In this document: positions 9,373 through 18,617 of the stretch, piece by piece
How positions within the stretch are numbered: the first letter of the stretch is position 1
Layout of the letters: the number at the start of each line of letters is the position of its first letter
Assembly (NCBI GenBank): GCA_963706595.1
Contig: OY970166.1
Location: 1,120,001 to 1,184,000 of the forward strand
Source of the DNA: an uncultured cyanobacterium
Lineage (GTDB): Bacteria; Cyanobacteriota; Cyanobacteriia; Cyanobacteriales; Nostocaceae
Length of the DNA stretch: 64,000 nt
Direction: 5' to 3'
Program-made: the position numbers and the translations under genes
Notes under the pieces: model-generated
What the model was told of the DNA's origin: nothing
Database searches by the model: none
Seen by the model: only the letters and a program-made list of their open reading frames with translations

Positions 9373-10404
9373 CTAAGAAGATGTTTGTTTCCATTTATCT
9401 AAGACATCTTTAAAGACGAGTTCTTCTATCCAAGTTTTCGCAACTACCGCTAAGGGTAGCGCCATGACTAATCCCAAAGCGCCAAAAAAGCTGGCGAAAA
9501 AGAGTTGGGCTGTGAGGGTAAAGGCTGGTAACAGCGATACTTGTTTGGCCATGACTGTGGGTGTTAGCCAGTAGCTTTCTATGTTCTGAATGATTAGGTA
9601 TAGAATTAAGACTGCGATCGCCTTCCAAGGTGCATCCAGAAAGCCGATGGTCATTGGTAAAATGACGCTTAAGGTGGGACCAATGTTGGGAATAAAGTTG
9701 AGTAATCCTGCTAACACAGCATGAGCTAATGCTAAGGGTACTCGTAAAATTAGCAATCCTAACAGACTCAAAAAGCCAATAAATGCCATTGTAATCAAAG
9801 CCCCAACTGTCCAGTGTCCCAAACCCTCGCCGCACAAAGTGAGAATTTCTTCCACCCGATGGCGGTAAAATGATGGAAAACAGCGTACAAAGACTTTACG
9901 GTAGGGTTGGGGATTAACTAACAGCATTAAAGTTAAAACTATTACTAGTAACAATTCTAAGACCGCAGTAAATCCAGTGGAAAAGAAAGCGATCGCTTGT
10001 CTGAAGAGATTTTCAGTTAATGGCTGAACTTGTTGAATTAAATTGTTAATATCTGGTAAATTTGTGACATAAGGTCCGATAATCGTACCTTCTAACCAAG
10101 TGATCATCTGCTGAATTTGAGCTACTCCACTGGGAAACAACTTCACTAATTCCTGAAACTGGGCGATAAAAGGTGGCACGATTAACACGAAACAACCAAC
10201 TAACAGCGAGAGAACAATCACTACACTTAGCCACACAGCCCAAATTCGCTGCATCCCAGATTGTTGAAACCTTCGCACTAGTTGGTTAATTGCTGTTGCT
10301 AGCACGATGGCTGTAAATAAGAGTAACAATAACTGGCGAATTTGCCAGAGTATATACAGTGAAATAACCAGCGCCAAAAATCCCAGCAATTGCCCAATGT
10401 TCAT
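9373..10404 (-). CDS. AI-2E family transporter
   Basis: 343-aa membrane protein with LLNFIPNIGP and IQNIESYWLTP motifs. Confidence 0.88.
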   Translation of the reverse strand: MNIGQLLGFLALVISLYILWQIRQLLLLLFTAIVLATAINQLVRRFQQSGMQRIWAVWLSVVIVLSLLVGCFVLIVPPFIAQFQELVKLFPSGVAQIQQMITWLEGTIIGPYVTNLPDINNLIQQVQPLTENLFRQAIAFFSTGFTAVLELLLVIVLTLMLLVNPQPYRKVFVRCFPSFYRHRVEEILTLCGEGLGHWTVGALITMAFIGFLSLLGLLILRVPLALAHAVLAGLLNFIPNIGPTLSVILPMTIGFLDAPWKAIAVLILYLIIQNIESYWLTPTVMAKQVSLLPAFTLTAQLFFASFFGALGLVMALPLAVVAKTWIEELVFKDVLDKWKQTSS

Positions 10405-10421
10405 ATTTGAATTTCCTCTGA

Positions 10422-10573
10422 TATAGGACTCATATTTGATTTATGAAACACACGTAGGGTGTGTTATCCAGGAGATTACGGCACCAAGACCCAGAAGACG
10501 GTGCGTTAGGCTAAAGCCATAACACACCCTACATATACTTAGATTTTTTCAATAATCAAATCGGATTCCTATA
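10422..10573. mobile_element. MITE-like element with an internal REP-like hairpin
   Basis: Ends TATAGGACTCATATTTGATT...AATCAAATCGGATTCCTATA; inner GTAGGGTGTGTTAT...ATAACACACCCTAC. Same shell at ~50176-50399, same core at 60611-60762. Confidence 0.7.
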
Positions 10574-10831
10574 TCTATTTAATAAATATAAGTTCTTCCA
10601 GACTGATAATCATGGTATATATTTTCTTAGGATATCAGGTGATCCAAAATAACTTGAAAACCAAGCAAGATTAAAAGCCCAAAATATTGCTAAAATACCT
10701 CAAAAGATAGATGCTTAATTAATTTAATTAACTACTAATCATTTATAAAATCAATTGCGTTTTTTGTTTATAAAATTATCTGAGATTATTCTCACTTATG
10801 CGAATTAACCTAAAAGCCTGATAAATCAAGT

Positions 10832-11386
10832 ATGAAAAATCAATTATCCCAGATTTTATGGGTTGTAGGGGCAGCGATGACGGTTGTTTTAACTGGGTGT
10901 GAACAGGTAGTTGAATATTTGCCACCCTTACCTAGAATCGAGATTCCATCAAATCAGCCGCCACAACCGCCACAACCTAAGCAATCTAGCACAACTAACC
11001 AAATGGAGATTGCTGTTCGGCAAAGCATTAATGAGGTGCGTCAAGAAAAAGAACTCCAGCCCCTAGAGCATAATGAGAATTTAGCACAGGTTGCTCGTAA
11101 TTACAGCCGACAAATGGCAGAGAATAACTTTTTTAGTCACACCGGCAATGATGGCAGCACTCTCGAAGAAAGAGTAAGGGCGGGTGGTATCGTCTACTGG
11201 GTAGTAGGTGAAAATCTCTTCAAAAGCACGAATGTTCCTCAACCTGTAAAAGTAGCGGTTGACGGTTGGATGGAAAGCCCCGGACATCGTGAGAATATTC
11301 TCCGTCCGGTGTTTACAGAAACGGGTGTAGGAGTGTGGCAAGTTAACAATACTTATTACATCACTCAGTTGTTTTTGCGGCGTTAA
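10832..11386 (+). CDS. CAP (SCP) domain lipoprotein
   Basis: Lipobox LTGC, Pro/Gln linker, FFSHTG, VGENL, WMESPGHRENIL. Confidence 0.9.
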   Translation: MKNQLSQILWVVGAAMTVVLTGCEQVVEYLPPLPRIEIPSNQPPQPPQPKQSSTTNQMEIAVRQSINEVRQEKELQPLEHNENLAQVARNYSRQMAENNFFSHTGNDGSTLEERVRAGGIVYWVVGENLFKSTNVPQPVKVAVDGWMESPGHRENILRPVFTETGVGVWQVNNTYYITQLFLRR

Positions 11387-11390
11387 GACA

Positions 11391-11464
<74 letters not shown>

Positions 11465-11467
11465 ATT

Positions 11468-11560
11468 TATCAGTTAAGTGAGATACAAGAACCCCACCCC
11501 CAACCCCCTCCCCGCAAGCGAGGAGGGGGCTATGATGTACTTCATTCAACTGCATACTGC
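11468..11560. mobile_element. MITE-like dispersed element; other copies at 15346-15438, 36827-36958 and, inverted and partial, at ~47250-47292
   Basis: Shared TATCAGTTAAGTGAGATACAAGAACCCCACCCC...GCGAGGAGGGGGCTATGATGTACTTCATT. Confidence 0.8.
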
Positions 11561-11938
11561 CATACACCCTTCTGAGGTATAAGGTTTTGGTGTGTGTCTT
11601 GGCTGCTAGGCTGATTTTTTAGGTGGTGAAACTTCCGATTAATTCTGTCTGAGGGTGGTAATAAGACTATTTCCTTAAGTGTAAAAAAGTAAGGTAGAAA
11701 TTAAATTTAAATTTTTAATATTTATAATTTTATTTTGGTCTATTTAATCTGTCCCTTTGTGAGCAAAATACGGTTACAAAACCCTGGATTTTGTCTATTT
11801 TCTTTGGAAGAATTAACTTATTAGATAGATAAAATTAAGTTTGACATTAGCGACATCAATTATTTACGAAGTTAGCAATTTTGTATTGCTTAAATTTACT
11901 CTCCATTGCACTTTAAACATGAGATTGGAATTAAGGCT

Positions 11939-12907
11939 ATGGCATTTTTTGGCTATCACGCTTCTCACGAACAATTTAAGCCGAGCGCTCTTTTAGAATA
12001 CGTACAAGCAGCGCATCAAGCTGGATTTAGTCGCATATCTTGTTCTGATCACTTTCATCCGTGGAGCGATCGCCAGGGCGAAAGCGGTTATGCTTGGTCT
12101 TGGCTAGGTGCAGCGATGCAGGCGACACCGTTGAATTTTGGTGTAGTTTGCGCCCCCGGACAGCGCTATCACCCGGCGATTATTGCCCAAGCTGCGGCTA
12201 CTTTGAGTGAAATGTTTCCCGAACGGTTTTGGCTAGCATTGGGCAGTGGACAGGCTTTAAATGAGCAAATTACAGGGGATTTTTGGCCAGCCAAAGCTGT
12301 GCGGAATATGCGGCTGAAGGAGTGCGCTGAGGTGATCCGCGCCCTGTGGACAGGTGAAACGATTACTCACTACGGTCTGGTAAATGTGGAACAAGCAAAG
12401 CTTTATACCATACCAGCAATAGCACCCTTAATTATTGGGGCTGCAATTACCCCAGCCACTGCGGAATGGTTAGGAAGTTGGGCGGATGGATTGATTACTA
12501 TTTCGCACCCTTATGAAAAGCTCAAGGAAGTTGTGGAAGCATTCCGGCGGGGTGGTGGCGCAGGAAAACCAATGTATTTGAAAGTACAGCTTTCCTATGC
12601 AGCCAATGAAACTCTAGCCCTAGAGGGAGCGTATGATCAATGGCGGACAAATATCTTCCCAAGTTATATATTGACAGACTTGCGTCACCCCCAGCAATTT
12701 GAGGCGATCGCACAATTTGTCAAACCAGAAGATATGTATAAATATGTCCGCATATCAGCAGATCCGCAACAGCATATTGATTGGTTGCAGAAAGATATTG
12801 AACTTGGTTTTAACGAAATTTATCTCCATAACGTTAACCGCCAACAGCAGAGTTTTATTGAAGTTTTTGGTAAACAAGTAATCCCAGCCCTTCAAGGTAC
12901 TAACTAA
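11939..12907 (+). CDS. LLM-class (luciferase-like) flavin-dependent oxidoreductase, non-F420 type
   Basis: GYHASHEQF, SDHFHPWS, GQRYHPAIIAQA, LGSGQALNE, IYLHNVNR; ATG at 11939. Confidence 0.88.
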   Translation: MAFFGYHASHEQFKPSALLEYVQAAHQAGFSRISCSDHFHPWSDRQGESGYAWSWLGAAMQATPLNFGVVCAPGQRYHPAIIAQAAATLSEMFPERFWLALGSGQALNEQITGDFWPAKAVRNMRLKECAEVIRALWTGETITHYGLVNVEQAKLYTIPAIAPLIIGAAITPATAEWLGSWADGLITISHPYEKLKEVVEAFRRGGGAGKPMYLKVQLSYAANETLALEGAYDQWRTNIFPSYILTDLRHPQQFEAIAQFVKPEDMYKYVRISADPQQHIDWLQKDIELGFNEIYLHNVNRQQQSFIEVFGKQVIPALQGTN

Positions 12908-12924
12908 GGAGTAAATATTCAATT

Positions 12925-15087
12925 ATGCGAGTAACAGTTGGTCCACCCATTCTGATGATTAATCATGGTAGTACCTTTATGGCCACTGACTTGGGGGGAG
13001 AAATTAATCCCCATAGCCATCTGGGAATTTTTTCCGATGATACGCGGTTTTTAAGTCACTATGCTTGTTACGTTGATGGTAAACCCTGGATTCGCTTAAC
13101 TTCCGCCACCACAACATATTATGCCGCTAGGATTTATCTGATCAATCCTCAATTCACTTCTAGAGCAGGTAAAGTTAATCAAGGTGATTTATCCTTAATT
13201 ATTAGCCGGACAGTAGAAGAGGGAATACATGAGGATTTGGACATTACAAATAATGCCTCCCACCCTGTCAACTTTAATCTAGAAATTGCTTTGGGTTCCG
13301 ACTTTGCCGATATTTTTGAAGTGGAATCACAGAAATGTGTGCGTCGGGGACATATTGAAACTAGATGGCGAGAAGCAGAAAATAAGTTAGAAACCAGTTA
13401 TAAAAATGGTAGTTTTTACCGTTGTTTGACTTACCAACCTTGTAACTTTTCATCCCCACCTCATTATGCAAACGGTCGGCTTATTTTTGAGATATCACTA
13501 AAACCGAGTCAAACTTGGCACGCCTGCTGTAAATATAATTTAATTGATCATCAACACGTGCGGGAAGCTGTTGATTTGTGTTATGGAGCAATGCTAGATC
13601 CTAGCAACATTAATACAGAAATTGAAAGGCTACATTGTCAATGGCGAGACTCGGTAACTGGTATTGTCTGCGGTAATGAGGATGTGGTGCGACTTTATCG
13701 CCAGTCAATTGAAGATTTAGGTTCATTGCGATTATATGACTATGATTTTGAACCTGATATTTGGCTACCAGCCGCAGGTGTCCCCAAGTTTGTGACTTTA
13801 TTTGGCCGTGACAGCTTAATTATTAGTCTGCAAAATATGATTGTTCATCCCGGTTTTGCTCGTGGGGCGCTGCAAAAATTAGGACAATTACAAGCGATTG
13901 AATTAGACGATTGGCGCGACGCTCAACCGGGTAAAATTCTGCATGAAGTCCGCCAAGGTGAATTAGCATATTTTGCCAAAGTTCCCCATACTCCTTACTA
14001 CGGTACTGCCGATGCGACACCTTTATTTCTGATTACTTTGCATGAAACTTGGAAGTGGTTGGGAGATGATTTATTATTGCAGAATAACCGGGATAAAGCG
14101 CTGCGTTGTCTGGAATGGATTGATAATTATGGAGATTTAGACGGTGATGGTTTTCAAGAATATCAAACGCAATCATCTGGGGGAATTGAAAATCAAGGTT
14201 GGAAAGACTCAGGTGATGCGGTTGTCTATCCCGATGGAAGTCAAGTAAAAGCACCAAAGGCATTATGTGAGTTACAAGGCTATGTCTTTGATGCTTGGAT
14301 GCGAATGGCGGAGGTGTTTGATGTTCTGGGGGAAGGGAATTTTGCGAGAGAATTACGCACGAAAGCTGCTAAACTACAAGTAAGATTTGAAGAGCATTTC
14401 TGGAGTGAAGATTTAGACTGTTATGTTTTTTGTCTAGATCCAGAGAAGAAACCAGTGCGATCGCTCACTTCAAATGCAGGTCATTGTCTGTGGAGTGGTA
14501 TCGCCAGCCCTGAACGTGCAGCCCGTGTGGTAAAGCGGCTAATGCAACCAGATATGTACAGTGGTTGGGGAATTCGCACCTTAAGCACCAAAAATGAAGC
14601 TTATAATCCTTATTCCTATCACTTAGGTTCCGTATGGCCTCATGACAACGGTATCATTGCCATGGGATTTAAGCGTTATGGTTTTACTGCGGAAGTAGCC
14701 GAAGTTGCTCACGGTATTTTTGATGCTGGAAAGTATTTTGCTAGCTATCGTTTACCAGAACTTTTTGCGGGAATTAAGCGGGAACCGGGAACTTTTCCAG
14801 TTCCTTACATTGAAGCCAATGTGCCTCAAGGCTGGGCTGCTGCGTCAGTTTTTCATCTAATGCAAGCTATGCTGGGTTTAGAAGCCGATGCGCCCAATGG
14901 GTTGCTTTACGTTGATCCACATTTACCAAAATGGCTACCGGAAATCGAACTCCAGCACGTGGAAATTGGTAATTCTCGTGTAGATTTGCAGTTTTGGCTT
15001 GAAGGTGATGTTACCCATTGGGATGCTGTGGTTAAATCTGGGGAGGTTGACGTGAAACAGCAATGTTGGCAACCTTGGAGAAAATAG
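12925..15087 (+). CDS. Amylo-alpha-1,6-glucosidase / glycogen-debranching-like glycoside hydrolase
   Basis: 720 aa; AAGVPKFVTLFGRDS, PGKILHEVR, YYGTADATP, NQGWKDSGD, YHLGSVWPHDN, RLPELF. Confidence 0.88.
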   Translation: MRVTVGPPILMINHGSTFMATDLGGEINPHSHLGIFSDDTRFLSHYACYVDGKPWIRLTSATTTYYAARIYLINPQFTSRAGKVNQGDLSLIISRTVEEGIHEDLDITNNASHPVNFNLEIALGSDFADIFEVESQKCVRRGHIETRWREAENKLETSYKNGSFYRCLTYQPCNFSSPPHYANGRLIFEISLKPSQTWHACCKYNLIDHQHVREAVDLCYGAMLDPSNINTEIERLHCQWRDSVTGIVCGNEDVVRLYRQSIEDLGSLRLYDYDFEPDIWLPAAGVPKFVTLFGRDSLIISLQNMIVHPGFARGALQKLGQLQAIELDDWRDAQPGKILHEVRQGELAYFAKVPHTPYYGTADATPLFLITLHETWKWLGDDLLLQNNRDKALRCLEWIDNYGDLDGDGFQEYQTQSSGGIENQGWKDSGDAVVYPDGSQVKAPKALCELQGYVFDAWMRMAEVFDVLGEGNFARELRTKAAKLQVRFEEHFWSEDLDCYVFCLDPEKKPVRSLTSNAGHCLWSGIASPERAARVVKRLMQPDMYSGWGIRTLSTKNEAYNPYSYHLGSVWPHDNGIIAMGFKRYGFTAEVAEVAHGIFDAGKYFASYRLPELFAGIKREPGTFPVPYIEANVPQGWAAASVFHLMQAMLGLEADAPNGLLYVDPHLPKWLPEIELQHVEIGNSRVDLQFWLEGDVTHWDAVVKSGEVDVKQQCWQPWRK

Positions 15088-15279
15088 ACATCTCCAGAAA
15101 TTATAGCAGGGGGCAGGCAGCAGGGAGCAGGGGGCAGGCTTAAAACTCCTTAATTACAAGGGTTTTATGATCTGTTTTTGTCCTAACCATCTTGGCGGTT
15201 GCTATAAATATGCGTATTCTAGAACCCTTGTAGAGACGTTACATGGAACGTCTCTACATTCTTTTTCACCAGAGGTCTA
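15085..15279. mobile_element. Nested miniature elements: outer TAGACATCT...AGAGGTCTA shell, inner TATAGCA...TTGCTATA element
   Basis: Inverted termini visible at both levels; the outer element carries the hairpin TGTAGAGACGTT...AACGTCTCTACA. Confidence 0.65.
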
Positions 15280-15345
15280 ATGATCACACCAGTGAATTAT
15301 CAGGTAAAATTGCTACCTATCCATAATAGTGTGTAAGTGTGTGTA

Positions 15346-15438
15346 TATAGCGGTTATCAGTTAAGTGAGATACAAGAACCCCACCCCGCAAGCGAGGAGG
15401 GGGCTATGATGTACTTCATTGAAGTGGATACCGCTATA
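15346..15438. mobile_element. Complete copy of the TATAGCGGT...ACCGCTATA MITE-like element
   Basis: Terminal inverted repeats; body shared with 11468-11560 and 36827-36958. Confidence 0.75.
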
Positions 15439-15544
15439 CTGCCTTTGTGTGCATAAACCGATGACGAGCAATTTCTTTGTTTGTTGTGGCGTGAAAGTAT
15501 CCCATATTGTCACCTTATTTAGGCTCAAGCAAATTAGGAAAAAA

Positions 15545-16636
15545 ATGAAAAAAATTTTAATTATTGAAGATGAAACTCACATCAGAAACAATATCCAAGA
15601 AATCTTGGAACTATCAGACTTTGGGACAGTAGTTGCAGAAAATGGGTTACATGGTTTGCGGTTGGCTAAAGAGACACTTCCTGATTTGATTATCTGTGAT
15701 TTGATGATGCCTGAGTTAGATGGTTATGGTGTTTTAACTCAACTCCGTCAGAATCATGCTACTGCAACAATTCCTTTGATTTTCTTAACTGCTAAATCGG
15801 AATGGTCAGATTTACGTCGAGGGATGGAACTTGGTGCTGATGATTACCTAACTAAGCCTTTTCAACCTGATCAATTATTGCAAGCAATTGCTACTAGGCT
15901 GGATAAACAATCTATATCTGAGCAACAAACTCAGCAAAAATTAAATACTCTTAGTAGTGCTATAAGTCATTCACTACCCCATGAAATAAATACTCCTCTT
16001 AATCATATTTTGGGAATGTCACAATTATTGATGGAAGAGGAGGGAATAGTTGACAATGCAGAAAACTTAGAAATGCTAGAATCTATTCATCAAGCTGCTC
16101 TCAGGCTGCATAGACTTACTATCAATTTCCTGATGTATGCCGACCTGGAATTATTAGCATTTAACCCGGAAAAAGCTGAACTTTTACGCAACAATTGTCT
16201 GCAAAATTCCGTGGAAACAGTAATTAAAAATATAGCTGTAAAAATCGCCAAAGAGGCAAATAGGTCGGCAGATTTAAGTATAGAAATATCGGATGCTATG
16301 GTCAAAATTTCTCCAGACCAAATGAATAAAATTGCTGAGGAAATTATTGATAATGCTTTTAAATTCTCCCAGCCCAATACACCAGTAAAAATTATTGGGC
16401 ATAGCAGTAATAATTCTTTTAATTTATATATAATTGACTTTGGTCGGGGGATGACCAATGAGCAAATTGCTAATGTTGGGGCTTATGTCCAGTTTGAACG
16501 CAAAATGTATGAACAACAAGGTTCTGGTTTAGGACTATTAATTGCTAAGAGGTTGGTGGAATTCTCTGGAGGGGAATTGACAATTGAGAGTTTGGCTGGG
16601 AAGCAAACTACAATTAAGATTGTTCTGCCCCAGTAA
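15545..16636 (+). CDS. Hybrid response regulator / histidine kinase (REC-HisKA-HATPase)
   Basis: ILIIEDE, ICDLMMPELDG, LPHEINTPL, DNAFKFS, GSGLGL. ATG at 15545; the upstream in-frame extension begins inside a repeat element. Confidence 0.9.
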   Translation: MKKILIIEDETHIRNNIQEILELSDFGTVVAENGLHGLRLAKETLPDLIICDLMMPELDGYGVLTQLRQNHATATIPLIFLTAKSEWSDLRRGMELGADDYLTKPFQPDQLLQAIATRLDKQSISEQQTQQKLNTLSSAISHSLPHEINTPLNHILGMSQLLMEEEGIVDNAENLEMLESIHQAALRLHRLTINFLMYADLELLAFNPEKAELLRNNCLQNSVETVIKNIAVKIAKEANRSADLSIEISDAMVKISPDQMNKIAEEIIDNAFKFSQPNTPVKIIGHSSNNSFNLYIIDFGRGMTNEQIANVGAYVQFERKMYEQQGSGLGLLIAKRLVEFSGGELTIESLAGKQTTIKIVLPQ

Positions 16637-16673
16637 ATTGGCGAAGTTATCAGCATCTCACCTATTTTTACCC

Positions 16674-17876
16674 TTATGAACCAGGAATACTAACTGTAAA
16701 TGTTGTTCCTTCTCCTACTCGACTATCTACGCTAATTTCTCCTTGGTGCAAATCCAGGCATTTTTTGACTATAGCCAATCCTAAACCTATTCCCGGAATC
16801 GTGCCGACGTTAGATCCTCTGGAAAAAGATGTAAATAAGTTACCTTGATCTGCTTCAGGAATACCGATACCGCGATCGCTAATTTCAAAGATCAGTTGAT
16901 TATTCTCTCTCACCATACCAAAGTTAACGACATTGTGATCAGCAGAGTAATTAATCGCATTAATCAGGAGATTAGTCAAAATTTGCCGCAACAGTTTCTG
17001 GTCGCACTGAACAATCAGAGAAGCATTTGGTATTTGCTCATCTAAATCTAAAGAAAAATTAATTGTATGTGTAGGATTGGTAGTTTCTATTTCCTCTTTG
17101 AGATGGCGACAGAAGGCGATTATATCTAATGCTTCTGGTTTAAATTCCATGTTTTCAGCTTCAGCGCGGTTGATGGTCAATACGCCATCCAGAAGTTGAG
17201 TCATGCGCTTGATAGTTTCTTGGATTGTTTGTAGGTGTCCTTGTTTTCTTTCTTCGCTCAGGCGATCGCCAAAATTTTGTAAAATGCCTGTAGATGAGGA
17301 AATAATGGCTAAAGGTGTGCGAAATTCGTGGGATGCTCTAGAAATAAATTGCGATTTTAATTGGTATAATTCCTTTTCCTTTTCCAGCGCCTGACTTAAT
17401 TCTGCTGTGCGTTCAGCAAAGATATTTTCTAACTCCTGTGTCAATTTTAGGAGTTGCTGGTTCTTAATTTCTAAACTTTTATTTAACTGCTGTAAATACA
17501 CATGGGTACGTACACGAGCCAGCAGTTCTTCTTTTTGAAATGGCTTGGTTATATAGTCTACAGCACCTATATTCAAACCTTTAACCTTATCAATGGTATC
17601 AACCAGAGCCGTCATAAAAATTATCGGGATCGACTGAGTGAGAGGATCGGCTTTCAGCTGCTGACAAACTTCAAATCCATTGATATCAGGTAACATAATA
17701 TCTAGCAGTATTAAATCAGGAATAATGCTATGCACTTGTTTAAGGACATTTAGCCCCTGTCCCTCAGTGCGGACGTTGTAACCTGCGATGCTCAAGAAAT
17801 GATTAACAATTTTTAAATTGTTGGGGTCGTCATCAACTACTAAAATTTTGGCGCAACCAGGTGAAGTTTCCAACAT
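16674..17876 (-). CDS. Hybrid response regulator / histidine kinase
   Basis: ILVVDDD, LLDIMLPDING, ASHEFRTPL, NAINYS, GIGLGLAIVK. Confidence 0.92.
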   Translation of the reverse strand: MLETSPGCAKILVVDDDPNNLKIVNHFLSIAGYNVRTEGQGLNVLKQVHSIIPDLILLDIMLPDINGFEVCQQLKADPLTQSIPIIFMTALVDTIDKVKGLNIGAVDYITKPFQKEELLARVRTHVYLQQLNKSLEIKNQQLLKLTQELENIFAERTAELSQALEKEKELYQLKSQFISRASHEFRTPLAIISSSTGILQNFGDRLSEERKQGHLQTIQETIKRMTQLLDGVLTINRAEAENMEFKPEALDIIAFCRHLKEEIETTNPTHTINFSLDLDEQIPNASLIVQCDQKLLRQILTNLLINAINYSADHNVVNFGMVRENNQLIFEISDRGIGIPEADQGNLFTSFSRGSNVGTIPGIGLGLAIVKKCLDLHQGEISVDSRVGEGTTFTVSIPGS

Positions 17877-17909
17877 CTTTTAATTTAGGCATTAATTGAA
17901 CGCTGACAG

Positions 17910-18045
17910 GATGTTTTAAAAGTATCCGGCTGTGATTTTATGCACTTAGCGATCCCCCAGAATAGTGATCAAATTCCCCCTTGCTCAGGGGGATGGAGGG
18001 GGGTCTAGAATGTTTTGCTACCGACAATAATACTTTTAAAACATC
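17910..18045. mobile_element. MITE-like element with 16-bp terminal inverted repeats
   Basis: GATGTTTTAAAAGTAT (17910-17925) and ATACTTTTAAAACATC (18030-18045). Confidence 0.75.
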
Positions 18046-18617
18046 ATCTAAGGATTCTGTCTATTTTTAGCTTGCGGCACACCTGAATAGCAAACAAAAT
18101 TATCTACAACCTACCGCATCAGTAACTTACCTTAAAGTTTGTATAGCAGGAGTAAACTGTGATATTTTCTATGTGGTAATACTGGATCTAAGCCGAGTTT
18201 ACTTTCTGGTATTTTCACTCATAGGCTACAAACTTTATTATTGTTATGATCTGCTTGAATGTAAAACAGTAGCAATTTCCATTGCATCCGTCATCATATC
18301 CTCAAAAACTGCTAAACAATGTGCAATTAAATCCTAATTTCTGTGTTTGATCAGCATAACCATGACAGCAGCCTAAAAACAGTATCGTTGTTGACCATAA
18401 ATTAGTCATATATCAAACCCCTATCATTGCCGAATTCAGAAAATAAAATGCCAAAATTACGTTTGTTTTTCTTTGAACCTTTGCGCCTAACGCACTTTCA
18501 GCTTCCCTATGGCTAGTCCACGCCAACTATCGCTGCGGGGTGTAGTCCGGTTAATTCATATTTTATACCAGAAACACAAGCCCCCTATTATAGCATTTTT
18601 GTAAATGATTAAGAAGT

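Noticed and set aside
15419..15544. N-terminal extensions in the ORF track (also 25569-25673, 47264-47317, 54989-55030)
   Set aside because: They start at non-ATG codons, mostly in or next to repeat-like intergenic DNA; downstream ATGs match the expected domain starts.
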